The notes under the pieces were generated by a model, which saw only the letters and a program-made list of their open reading frames with translations, ran no database searches and had not been told where the DNA came from. Both the position numbers and the translations under genes were made by a program. Positions 49,398-61,900 of a DNA stretch of 64,000 nt are shown piece by piece. The stretch lies in assembly GCA_030704615.1 (NCBI GenBank), contig CM060734.1, forward strand, positions 60,078,001-60,142,000. Reading direction: 5' to 3'. Each line of letters opens with the position of its first letter. Position 1 is the stretch's first letter. The stretch is from Takakia lepidozioides (Eukaryota; Plantae; Bryophyta).

Positions 49398-52300
49398 TGT
49401 CGCGCGGCTTTTACTCACCCATCCCTTCGCTATCCGAGGCGGAAACTCCAAGATAGAAGAGTTGGAAATCTCTAAGTACTCAGCCCGCTCAGAACAATCA
49501 GTCATGACCTACAGCTAGTGTATCATGGGGGTGTTTCCTATTTGTTTCCCTTTCCACATTCATGTTAGCTACCTTACCATTGATAATTAAGTATCAGTTT
49601 GCTTCATCAATCTATCGGATTCCTTCAACTCATCCATTCATTCCACAGCTTCACTCAGATCTCTCTACACAGTGTGATTGTATCGTATAAGTATCAGATT
49701 ATGATTTATCAGGTATCAGGCCGAAGCCATTGTGTCTCTAATCTCCTCTACAATATCACTACAGCTCTGCATATAACAAGCATCTACTAATCATCTCTCC
49801 TCCTTCTCCATGCTTGCTTCCGTTCTTCTCTCCACCCGATCCCCTCTCCTCCATGACCAAGAAGTCCTCCCCCTCGAGTGCTTCCAAGAATAATCATCAT
49901 CCCCCCTTAGTCCTTGCCTCTCCCTTTATCTTCCTACCCGTGGCTCTAACCGTTTCCCTCACTAACCGTCGTCCGGGAACTATCATGTTCCATTTGCAGG
50001 TGTTGTTCCCCACAGTCGTTCCCTGTCCTGCTCTCTGTTCCCTATGGTCGTGACAGCTGTGTCAAGATGTGACTGGCTGTGCGACTGTGTTTGGCTGTGT
50101 CGGGCTGTGATTGGCTGTGTGGCTGTGTCGGCTGTGACGACTGTGACGGGCTGTGGTGGCTGTGTTGGGCTGTGTCGGCTGTGACGACTGTGACAGGCTG
50201 TGTTGGCTGTGATGGGCTGTGTCGGACTGTGACGGGCTATGTTGGGCTGTGTAACCCCCATCTACAGTGCGCTGCTGTCACCCCTAAGGCTCTTGTTGAT
50301 CTCAGTCTGTGCAAAAATTAAGGGTACTCCTCAGATCCCATAAAAATGTCTAAGTCCCTGGCAGTCCTCTAACATTACCCCTTCCCCTCTCAAAAAGCCG
50401 TGTCCTCACGGTTTACTGATTGCGATTAGCAAACCTTTGTGAGTGAGCACCTTTCTGACTTTGAGAGTTTCGTGGCGGACTGTGTGTACGAGCCCGAGGT
50501 CTGTCACTGGTTGACGGAGATGTTTGAACACTACCCGGATAAGTGAGGCCCTCTGGAGGCTGATATCGAGGTAACCTTTCAGGCATAGGAGACCCCCGTC
50601 GCTTCTTTTCTGCCATTTGAATTGCATAGTCTTCTCCCATGTCAAAAGAATCCGCCGAAGAAACAGTTGTATCAGAATCCTCATCGCCTCTCAGGTGTTT
50701 TAATTGTCGAACTTTTTGTGGAATCCTCTGGGGCATACAATGTTGTCCTACCACGTCAGGAAGTTTATATTTTAAAACTTGATGTAAACGCTGAACGGCA
50801 AAATTGGTGAAGACACTGAGCTCCTTGTCTGTCCAGGTGAGTGGGGTACCAATGACTTGTGATTTGTTCAAGTATTTCCATGCCACATGTGCCTTATAGA
50901 AAATATCATCAATGCCGAATTTCTGTGTTGACAAATTGTTCCAGGCCGACTGAAACCATAAACGAATTTGAGAATCCTTTTGCATCATGACTTTTGCCTC
51001 ATATAGGTACATATGAGGTGGCACTGAAGGTAAGACCCAATGATCCCCACTGGAATAACTCAGAAAGCGCGATTGCATCTTTTGCTGCTCAATGTGATAA
51101 CGTACCAGAAAGCAAGCAGCGTAGTATAACCCACATCCCATGACAATACTCGCTACCTCTTTGGTCTTGGTATAAATGAATCCATGTACAACTTGGAAGG
51201 CAATTAATTCCCTCAACATTGTACCTGCCTCATGCCAGTATTGTGCAAAGTGATGATCTTCAATTGGTCGATTGTTCGGAAGAACGTTAGTCCTAGTTGC
51301 CACTGGCAGCCAAATGCGCATGATTTGGTAGTAATGTGCAAATGATTGCGGAGGACTAAATTCTTTCCAAGCCAAATCCAACATGATGGGAATTTGGTTG
51401 AAGGGCAGAATCATAGCCCTATTGTACTCCCTTGCAGCTGGAGTTTTAGGTGGGTTAAAAGCAGCATTGCCCCATACCTCAGACTGTGGTGGCTGTGGTG
51501 TAGTTGTAGTAACAACAGGGTCAGCTATTGGCACAGTGACTTGTTGTGTTGTTGGTGGCACTGGCTCTTGTACCATTGGCATCTCATGCACCTCCTGTGA
51601 AGAAGACTGAAAAGCTAAAGTTCTCGCTTAAAGAAGCCATTAGCTGTTCATCAGGTACACAGACTCTCTTGTCGATATTTGAAGTGAGGTCCTCCACTTG
51701 AGTCTGCAGGCCGTCTATATCCTCCTGTAACTCCGCTATCCTACTATAGACATTGTCTATAGTAGTTGTGGCAATGTTCTGCACTTGCAGCCTGAGCTCA
51801 TTCATCTCGCTTTGGGTGAGCTTTCGTGGTGCTTTGCCTTCCACTGGCCCTTGTGCTAACCAGACCTGCATAAGGTGGTTATCCACCAAGTTGCTTGTGG
51901 TTCCTCTGAGAGTGTGCTCCTCTCTTTGTTTGTACACAACTAACTGCTGTTGTAAAGCCTCCATGCGCTTCGCATGAGGTTCAACCAAATTTGCATAGGC
52001 AGCAGGCAGATTATTGGCTTCCTTCCAAGCTTTGTTAGCCACAGAGAGTTCATTTCTATTGGCCATGATCGTTTGTTGCAACTCCAGGATGTGCCTCTCT
52101 TGGTCAGCTTCAACCTGCCTGTATTGCTTGAAAGTATCCTCATTGCGACAGATTGTATTCTTCATATCGACAATGAGTTTCATTTGCTCAACATTCTCTG
52201 CCTCTGCCTTCGTACATCTTTCCGCTTGACTGTTTATTTCTATTGTAGATTGGTCAAGCATAGTTGTGAGTGTAGCACATTGGATGGCCATTTTGTCATG

Positions 52301-55074
52301 CACTGTCTGCAACTCCGTATGTTGTGCATTTACTTGTTGCAACTTGCTTTCATGCTTCACCTGCATTTGGTATAGCTGTTGCTTATGTGCTTCGTGCAAT
52401 TGGTCTTGTGCGAGGCCTGCCTCAATCAATTGTTCTTTGGCCAATTGCAAAGCCGCTTCCGTATTCTCCAAGTCTTGTTGCATCTTGATAGTGACCTCTT
52501 CATCGACCTTGTTTGCACACTTAGTGGCTAGTCGAGCCTCAAACTCCTTCCTGAGTTCCTCTCTCAAGGCTGTCAATTGGGTAATTGGAACATGGGATTT
52601 GACATAAGTCCCCAACAAATTAAGTGTCATGCCTATGGAACTCATCAGCATTGCCTGTTGAGGGTCATCATTGTGAGGTTGCTGCTGTTCCTCCTGATCC
52701 TCAACCGTGTGATGTCTCACGAACCACTCAGGCCATTGTCCCACCGGATTTTCTTCCTGAACCACTTCATCTATCACCGGTGCTGCAGTGTCATGACCTT
52801 CTACCTGTGGTACCTCCGACACAGGTGTGTGTATTATATGCACCTCAGGATTTCCCTTGGGCAACTGTTGCACCTCTGGAATCTCTGTCTCCTTGACCAG
52901 ACCAGAATATTCATAGAGAAGGTCCCCCTTCTCAATTTCTGCCACTATCTGTTCTGTAGTTGGAATATCTAACCTTTCTTTTTCCAAATCAATTATTTTT
53001 GGTAGAGCTGCATGGACAACTTGTGACCTTGTGACAAGCCGATCAGCTGGCTGTGATGGTTGTGATACTGAAGTAACTTCCTCCTCTCTCTCTGAAGGTC
53101 CTGCTTCCAGTAATAGCAGTTCTGTGCTGCTGTGCCCCTTCCTGCACATGAGCTTGGGAAACATTATCATGCGGAATCCGTGAAGCCAGTGGATCCGCGA
53201 CTACAGTCTTTCCCCGTCTCTGCCTCTTAGTCTCGGGTTGCCCTACTAGTCCACCCTCACTGTGTGAAGAGCCTTGCTCTTCCATTGCAGTGGTTTCTGG
53301 CTCAAACACTCCCATCTCCTTTCTTTCTTGCGCATCAAGTATGCCAGAATCAAGAATTATTTGAGCAATGATTGGGCCAGACACTATGATAGGAGACTTT
53401 GCGGTAGTACCTTGTAATCTTTTCATCTCCTCTACCAGTGCGTTGTACATTATGTCCGCCCATTCTACCTCTTCTCCCCTCAAGGCTTTGAGTATTTCCT
53501 CTGTGAAGGATCTGCTCAAATACTGTTGGTTTTGTTTCATGGCAAACAGAACGTTCAATACCTGGCCTACCTCCTTTAGCCCTGGGTACACGGCCTTGGT
53601 ACAAGCGTAACCCTGAGTTTTAAAGAAACTCCCTTCTTGGAATAAGTCCTCTATTTGCAGTCTTGCCCTGTGCTCCTCCACATGCACTTGACCTGCTGGC
53701 AATTGAAACAATTGCTGTAGGTATAGGGGAGTAATTACTAATTCAACTCCCTTCACCGTTGTTGCTCATGTCCTTGGCTCAAAGTTCTGTAAGAATTGTA
53801 ACATGTACTGTCTATGGTGCAATGTCCAATCTTTGCTTTGCAATCCTTGCAATCTCAGTTCCTTCAGTATCTGTATCGCCTGTGGTGTAGCAATTGTTTG
53901 TTTCTGCAGAATTGTGGTGCTCTTCACCCTGATTTCCTCCATTCCTCTCACTCTCTTCATTCTAGACCCACAGAAATGTTTTGGCTGTAACAATTGAAGA
54001 ATTGCCTGCAGTGCACAAAACATAAACGTATGGTTGCCACAAAAAGCTATGGGTAATTTCTTGTAAGCCTGTGGGGCTTGCAAGCATCGCTCAAGAGAAA
54101 AGATCCGCTCTGTTGTTTCGTCCCTATGCCACTGCGTAAGTAGTATTGCAAGCGTATAGTCTGTTAGTTCCTCCATAGCTTCAAAGCTATTGCATTGATT
54201 GTTTGTCCCTTCGCGACACCCGTTACTTAGAACGACGCCGACTCTTGCGCCTAATTTCCCTCCATTTTCTTGATCATTTCTCTGGCTTTCTATTGGCTGT
54301 AACCAATGTGACTGGATTTTAGATTTAATTTTCTTTAGTGGACTTTCCCTGCTGGATTGTCCACTAGGACCACACATGTGACAAGAATTTCTTTTTTCTG
54401 TACTTGCCGTTTGTTCCGTTCCCCTTTTTCCGTATTCATTAATGGGCCCGCCCTTCATCCGAAATGACGCGCTAAGTAGGTATTTTGACGGCCATTCTTG
54501 TCTTTTTTCTTGATGACACCTGTTCTTGCACTTCCTTCTCAGCTGTGTGTCGCGCCCTGACTTCCACGTGTCTATTTTTAAACTGGTTTCGGTCCTTTCT
54601 TCCGTCGGCCCTTTTCCTGAAGTTATTGTGCGTCCATCTGTCACTGATTCTATGGATCGTGTAACCCTAGTAGGCTGTGTTGAGTTGTGACAGGCTGTGT
54701 CATACTGTGGTACATTGTGATAGGCTGTGATGCACTGTGGTAAGTTGTGATAGGCTGTGACACGCTGTGGTAGGCTGTGTTGTGCCGTGCTGGGCTGTGA
54801 TAGACTGTGTTTCACCTTGAGGGGCTGTGATAGGCTGTGTCACGTCGTGATGGGCTGTGATAGGCTGTGTTTTGCCTTGAGGGGCTGTGATAGACTGTGT
54901 CACGTCGTGATGGGCTGTGATAGGCTGTGTCACGCTTGTTCTGCCCACCCTGGTCATATATGCTCGGCCTAGCGACAAGTGCTCCATACTCCGTTGGTAA
55001 CACTGGCGCAGCCCGTGACTGCTCTTGCGTTTAACCATGCAAATCATGTTGCAATGGTTTGTCATGGATACCAC
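49398..55074 (-). mobile_element. 'CACAGC' gypsy family copy C (3' part: repeat array, accessory ORFs, PPT, 3' LTR)
   Basis: LTR 49398-50374 is the reverse complement of the family LTR. PPT GAGAGGGGAAGGGG lies at 50377-50390. 53450-55074 is homologous to copy A 17200-18838. Confidence 0.92.
50413..54815 (-). CDS. 3' accessory ORF cluster (349, 237, 528 and 392 aa; includes a long coiled coil)
   Basis: Same-sense ORFs between integrase and PPT. The 528-aa ORF is heptad-rich. The first ORF has a V.G..L.IT...L..LF.LP segment reminiscent of plant retrotransposon accessory proteins. Confidence 0.7.
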
Positions 55075-55193
55075 TCTATTGTAGTGTGAAAAAAGAAGGG
55101 GCGTGAATCCCCTTCTGGTTAATCCTAAAATCTGTACTCCTCCTACTCGTCCCTGTTGAAGTATCAGGGCAAAGGAAAGGAGCGTTCTCTTTT

Positions 55194-56481
55194 CTGGAGG
55201 AAGATGGGATATAACGGTAGTAGACAACTATTTCAAGGAGATCACAAGCGACACCAATGACAGCACTTCCATTTATTATGCTGTGAGAGCTCTGTGTGGA
55301 GCAAAAGGCACATTTGTCCTGAAAGAAGAATCATTCAATGGTGCTTCCTTGGTGCAAAGAATAGGAACCTCCTTTGCCTATGCAGGGAGGGGAGAACATA
55401 CCGTTTCAACGGACGGAGATATGACTTTGCTCGAGTGTGGCCTTGGACAGCTACACCATTCAACAGGTTCCCAATTCACTTTCTCTATAGTCGAACCGAC
55501 AGTCCATCATAGCATCATGAACTATTTGAGGATCAACCATTCATTTGAGAAATCACTTAAAGACTACATGGTTGATTGCAAGGATGATGCCAGTGCAATG
55601 GGTAGGGCATGGGAGAAACTTTTCACAGTTCATGTGGCCAAGCTGTTTGACGGCACAAAATTGTTGGCCAATATGTGCTGTTTCAAGGATGCAACCCTGC
55701 CTCCAAAATTCGCAAGGGACAAGCCAATGATTACCAGTGAAGGTGAAGGAGTGTGGAGGGAGTCATATAGGATCCACACCATAAGTAAATTTCTTGATGC
55801 TGAAGAGAAATCTCGTCCGCCATGCCTCATTTTTGACGACAGATCTGGAGCTGATGTTCTTTTTGTTGTGAGACTTGGGAATTTGAAGATTCCTGTCTTC
55901 TGTCAACTGAAGCTGCGATCTGAGGTGCAGTGGGCTAGAGCAGTGGCAACTACAGATCCGGAACAGATGTACAAGAAAAGTTCCGAGTACAAAACGAGGG
56001 TGCTTGCCGCATGCAAAGATGGTTGCATCAGCTTGGTAGTTGCCTATCCTGCAAAGAAGCCAGCTAAACTCCAATCTGAATGCCAAGATAATCGTTTAAT
56101 TGGCTATATTGGACAGGTAGAAGCGGAGGATTTGTTTGACCGCGTGTTATGTGATTTCTTACGTTCTATCAAGGAGTGATGGGGACAAATTTTGTGATGG
56201 CTCATGGAGTATTGAGAAGGTGAGATTCATTGGGATACTGGCTCTATTTTTTTGTGTTTGGTGACATTTCTATATTCTCTTGTTGCTGTCACACCTTTCC
56301 ACAAGTATACTACTAAGTTAGACTGCTTCTGTATTCAACCATGGACCAACTTCAAGAACCTGTGAAAAAGGGACACAAATTAATGACAAGTATGTTTTCA
56401 TGAACCAATCAATGAGTTCATCAGCTTTGTGTTACACTGCATGATACGATGGTGTGACAAGTTTGCAGGATATTCCAAAAT
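55194..56481 (+). pseudogene. 5'-truncated duplicate of the Crinkler-like gene (REase half + 3' UTR)
   Basis: Near-identical to 25992-27252. ORF 55283..56179. Confidence 0.9.
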
Positions 56482-56929
56482 TGGCCGTACTGGAGATACT
56501 GGTACCTCCTCCTCCTCGTCTGAGCTGTTGAGATCGACCACAGGTACCGATGGCGTCATAGCTGCAACAGGTGGCCTCACCGGAGCTGGTACATCCTCGT
56601 CCGAGCTGACAAGCTCGATCAGTGGCCTCGTATACTTCATACGAGGCATACTGGCAACCCTGCGATATAAGAAGAAATAACATTAAGAAATTACCCAAAA
56701 TACACACATCCAACTTTTGAATTGATCAAATATAGCACCTAATTGAACCCGATTCATTAAATCAACATGAATTTTGATCTAGAAGGACCCACAAAAATAT
56801 AGACATATCAATGGATTTGCAACAAAAACACACTCAATATGCACACAAAAATTACCCCAATCGGACAATATTTGACCTAGATATGACCCCTTAAAGTTCG
56901 CTCACCTTACTGAAAAGGGTTTCCAACTC

Positions 56930-57590
56930 ACTATTTTGCTCATAACTTTTGTTTTACAAGGAATTACAACAAGCGCCGCATACCATTGAATTCCCCACAA
57001 AAAAGCGCACAAGCTGCATACCCTGAATGTAAGAAATGACAAGATTAGCCCCCTAAAATGCACTTTGAAAGTTGCTGACTTTTTAGACCAGGTTGACGTT
57101 TATGCTCATATCTTCCGTTCTAGGACGAATTAGAAGATGGGTAAGATACCAATGGATTCAACACAAAAAAGAGCCCAAGATGCATACCTTGAACGCACAA
57201 ATCGACCAAGATTTGGTGTAGATATGCCACTTTGAACGTCGCAGATCCTACAAAAATGGCAGGTTCACATTTTTAGTCATAAGTTTCGATTTACAACGAA
57301 CTAGAACGAGCACAATATACCATTAGATGCGTAATGAAAAAACACACAAAATACATGCCTCGAACTCGCAAATCGACACGATTTCGCTGCGATATGCCAC
57401 TTTGAAAGTCGCTAATCCTACAAAGAAGTCCGCCTCACAATGTTGCTTGTAAGTAGAGTTTTACAAAGCATTAGGGTGAGCGCCACATACCATTGGATTC
57501 CCCTAGAAAAACTACACAAGATAGACACCTAAACTTTCCAAATTGACGAAGATTTGCTTAAGATATCTCACTTTGAAAGTTGCTGCCTTA
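56930..57590. repeat. Degenerate ~170-bp tandem repeats, probably DNA-transposon subterminal repeats
   Basis: Four units sharing ATACCATTG..AAAAA..CACAAG..AGATATGCCACTTTGAAAGT (about 56980, 57146, 57317, 57487). Confidence 0.7.
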
Positions 57591-58277
57591 ATTGGACCAA
57601 ATTCAAAAAAGTCAAAGTCAACCCAAAGTCAACTCCTTAATATCTCCCAAGTGGCGAGGGATTAGGGAAATGTTTTTACATATTCGGAATCCTTATACCT
57701 TTAAATGGGGGGTTAGGTCCATTCAAAACCACCAACAACCTCCAAATTTAGCCGCAATAGGCATTTTAGGGTTTCTCCTTCAAACGCCTATATTTGCCAA
57801 CTTTTTGACCTTTTTGCCAAAAAATTTCCACCATTGTCCTAATAATACCCACTACTACCACCTAGGTGTTTTCAAATTCCAAAAAAGCTATATATAGGCC
57901 AAGGTCAACAAAAAATGCCAAAAGTCAAATGTTCATATCTCACGAATGACGATACATTAGGGAAATGTTTTTACATATTCGGAACCACAATATGCACAAA
58001 TGGGGGGGTAGGTCACCTCAAAACACGAAAAGAAAAAAAGGTCACTTTTTGCGGGAATGGCCATGTAATCCTAAACCCTAAATCCTAAACTTGTGCTATA
58101 GAAGAAGCGGAGACCCTCCCTATGGAACCGTCCATTGCTACACTCGTGAAACGCGAGGTGGTCAAGGAAGTACTCAAGGAGGTGAAGAAGGTGGTGAATT
58201 CCATCCAGGTGAAACCTAAGGCTAAGAAGCTTGGGACCAAACCTAAGGCGAATCCTGGCGGAAAGTTGGGAAACGGC

Positions 58278-59118
58278 TGTTAGAGGGCTGTTTGGGACTT
58301 AGATACATTTTACGGGTTTCTGTGGGGTACCCTTAATTTTTGCACAGACTGAGACCAACATGAGATTTAGGGGTGGCAGGCGCAGGCTTTAAGGGGGTTA
58401 GACAGTCAGACACAGCTCGTCACAGCTTCACACAGCCCGACGCAGCTTTACACAGCCAGTCACAGCTCAGCACAGCTTAACACAGTCTGTCACAGTACAT
58501 GGGGAACAGTTATCATTGACAGGGAACGACTGTGTGGGAACGACATCTACAGAGGGAGCGTGTTACTTCAGGGGTGACGATTAGTTAGTTAGGTGATTAG
58601 AACAGCTTGCGGGTAGATTAGGCAGGGCGGCAACAGGAAGAGGATCATTACTTGGAGGGGGAGCACTGCTGGAGAAGGGGGAGACGTAACGGAGAACAAA
58701 AGAGTGAAGAGGAGATCAGGACTGGAGTGAGGCGGAATTCATGCAAGCTGTAGGATTATATAGAAGGGTAGATTAGAGACACCATGACATAGGCATGATA
58801 CATGATAAGTCTTAATCTGATACTTATTCGATACAATCATACGGGTAGAAAGACTTGAATGAAGCTGTGGAATAAATGGATGAGTGAATGGAACCTGATA
58901 GATACTGAAGCAATCTGATGCTTCAGTATACACGGTAAGGTAAATTGATAACATGAAGGCAAGAAGGAATACAGATAGGAAGCACAACCATGATTCACTA
59001 GCTGTAGGTCATGACTGATTGTTCTGAGCGGGCTGAGTGCTTAGAGATATCCAACTCTTCTATCTTAGAGCTTCCACCTCGGATAGCGAAGGGATGGGTG
59101 AGTAAAAGCCGCTCGACA
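58278..59118 (+). mobile_element. Solo LTR of the 'CACAGC' family
   Basis: TGTT..GACA termini with perfect 5-bp TSD ACGGC (58273-58277 and 59119-59123). Confidence 0.95.
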
Positions 59119-59739
59119 ACGGCAAGCAGCTACCTCTTTCAACAAGAGGTCAGGCCCGAACCGCACAACCGGTTATGATACGGGAGGCCGGAAACCTTCA
59201 GCGAGGGTCAACGGCAAACCAGCCACAACGGCCATGCAATAAATCCTAAACCCTAAACAGACCATGCATTAAACTCCTTCTCGAGTATTGCGTGTTAGAT
59301 GAGCATCTAAGTCGTTCTCTACTGTGTCTATTCTCTAGCAAAAGAGATAGGGTATTATTCTCATGTCATCTCAGTGAAATAGTTTCAATCACATATATTT
59401 GCCTTTTTGCATATATTTGCAGTTGCATCTTAGAACATCTCAACAACACTTCTTTTTTAGCTTTATGTCTCTCTGGATCAACGCTATTAGTTTTGATTCC
59501 CAGGATCTAGATATCTATTTTTTTTGGTTCGGATTGTGTTCTTATTGCACCCGGTGCATTCGCGGTCCGCATCCTGTTGCACTGCTACATTTGTCTCCAC
59601 TCTTTTATAGACCCTAAACCCTCAACCCTAAACTTTTTCGGAGCATAACCGGGCCCCCCTAAAAACTTTTTAGTTTGCACTGTGCTATTATTGCACCCGG
59701 TGCATTCGCGGTTCCAATTTGTTGTACTGCTACATTTGT

Positions 59740-60905
59740 AGTTCCAATCTTTTGTAGGCCCAAAATGCACAAACCTGTAGTGGTTGGGAGACCAATTTGT
59801 TCGTACAATGGGTACGTTTCTGAGCACGCATCCAAGTGGTTACATTACCATTTGTTTCCTATTTTACTTCAGGAACGTAATCATTTGATAGATTCAATTT
59901 CTTTGTTGAGAGATCTGTCGAGTAGACAACTTCCTCGAGATGTGTTTCTATTCACCTTTGATGTGGAGTCATTGTACCCTAGCATTCCTACTGGGGACGG
60001 GCTTCGACGATTGAAGGACATGATTACCGACAAGCTCAAGTCACCCCGGTTTGAAGGACTCGACGTGAGTCTTTCTCCCATGGTCTTGGAGAACAACTAT
60101 CTTCAATTTGGCTCGAGCTATTGGCATCAGATCCGAGGCACTGCAATGGGTAGCAATTTTGCTGTTGTACGCTTGTCTCTTTCTTTGCAGCTTAGAAAGA
60201 GAGTTGGCTTGCGCAGCAAGAGGTATATGGCCTTTGTACTACAAGAGATACATCGATGACGGATTTGGAATCTGGGAAGGATCTTGGGCAAGTTTGGAGA
60301 CTTGGCTCGATCGATACAACTATCTCAGTCCCACAATTCGCATTCAAAGGGTGATCTCTGACTCTACTGTTGACATTCTTGATATTCAATTCTTCAAGGG
60401 AGCTGATTTTGTCAATAGTGGGATTCTATCTTCGAGATGTCATCAGAAGGCACTCAACAGATATCGGTACTTGCCATGGACGTCCTGTCATCCGCGACAC
60501 CAAAAACGACCATTCATCCTTGGTGAGCTACGCCGATACACTTTGAGAGAAAGCACATGTGCAGGTTTTTCAGAGATCAGACGACTATTCTATGAACGAC
60601 TGCGTGCTCGAGGCTATCCAAAGTCTTTTATCTTAGAGTGTTTTAGACTATGTGACTATGCACAACGTGCTACACTGTTAGCTTCAGAATCCACTCGTAA
60701 GTTGATGGGTAAGCGGACCCCCTTGGTTCTGAAACTTGAGCATTTTCGATATACTCAAGCTCTAAAACTTGGGGGAGTCCTAAACCCTAAACTGCATGAG
60801 CATCTTCTGAAAGTTCCGCAGTTAGCATCTTTTGACAAACCTATGGTTTGTTGGAAAAAAACGAGGAATATACGTTCCTATTTAGTTCGTGCTAAGTTAC
60901 AATAG
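59740..60905 (+). pseudogene. Penelope-like reverse transcriptase, no C-terminal GIY-YIG endonuclease, one frameshift
   Basis: PKMHK..GRPI, TFDVESLYPSIP, GTAMGS, RYIDD, YLPWTSCHP, GELRRY, LRARGYP. Ends at ..YLVRAKLQ*. Confidence 0.9.
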
Positions 60906-61187
60906 AGTCAATTATATTGAAGGATATATTCTTGGCTTACATGCATAAGTTGGAAAAAGTTTTTTTTTTTTTTTAGATAAAAGACCTTTTCTTGGCTAAA
61001 GGAGATATTCTTGGCTTACAGGCATAAGTTGGAAAAAAAACTTTTTTTTTTTTAGATTTTTTTTTTTTTCTCGGCTAAAAGATACTTTTTGTTGTCTTTT
61101 TATCTTATGCTCTTTTTTAGACAACACTTATTCGACAGTATATAAGCTGGCGGTGAGGCTCATTGTACTTCTTTCCATTTCTTTCTT

Positions 61188-61227
61188 CCCACTGAAGAGC
61201 TCAAATTTTGAGCGAAACTAGTCTGGG
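61188..61227 (+). ncRNA. Minimal type I hammerhead ribozyme
   Basis: CCCA-CTGAAGA-GCTCAA ATT TTGAGC-GAAA-CTAG-TC-TGGG: full catalytic core, stems I and II, palindromic minimal stem III (ACTAGT), GUC cleavage triplet. Confidence 0.85.
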
Positions 61228-61900
61228 GCTTATAAAGATTTGCCAGTATTCTGCATATAAGTGTGTTTTGTCTCACTTTCTCCTTTGTGTTGTTGTACCT
61301 TACAGTTGCATTGTTTAGACTGTCTATCTAGTCATGCCTTTGCTGCTAGGTTTGTTCTCTAGTGCGTGTTTTTTCTTCCATAAGAGATAGGTTTTTGTTA
61401 TCCTGTATTTACGGTGAAACAGTCTCAGTCATACACTTTAGTCATTTGCATGTCTTTGCAATTGCACTTTAGAACATATCAACATCTCTCATATCCTACC
61501 TAAGGTAGCGACATTTAAAAGTGTGCGTTGCCTTTATCTGTCCCCTATTTTTGATGAATAAAGTCACCCTTTTCATCCTAGTACTGTGCACTTTTGCAAT
61601 GGAGGTAGTTCAAGGTTCATTATTACTTTGGATTAGGTACACTAGTGGGTGTTTTTGGAGTACAAGGGGATTAATTAATGGTGGATTAGTGAAGCTAATT
61701 AAGCAGCCGACTAATGATTCTCATTTCAAATTCCTCATTTGTTTTTGAAAGTGGAGGCGGGTGTTTTGGGACAACGGCCAGTTAATACAGCAGTCAGGCA
61801 TGAATGCAAATAGGATGCATGGTTCACTCTATATACTACTATAGTGCACACACTTTATCACACTTCAGTTTACTACAATAGCAATTCATGGAGCGATAGA

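Larger units (their letters stand above)
58069..61490 (+). mobile_element. Penelope-like retroelement chain with telomeric repeats at junctions
   Basis: PLE RT, diverged direct repeats 59320-59450 and 61360-61490, a hammerhead, and CCCTAAA runs at about 58070, 59245 and 59612. Confidence 0.7.

Noticed and set aside
56482-58062. GGCC ends as terminal inverted repeats
   Set aside because: Only 4 bp match and no target-site duplication.
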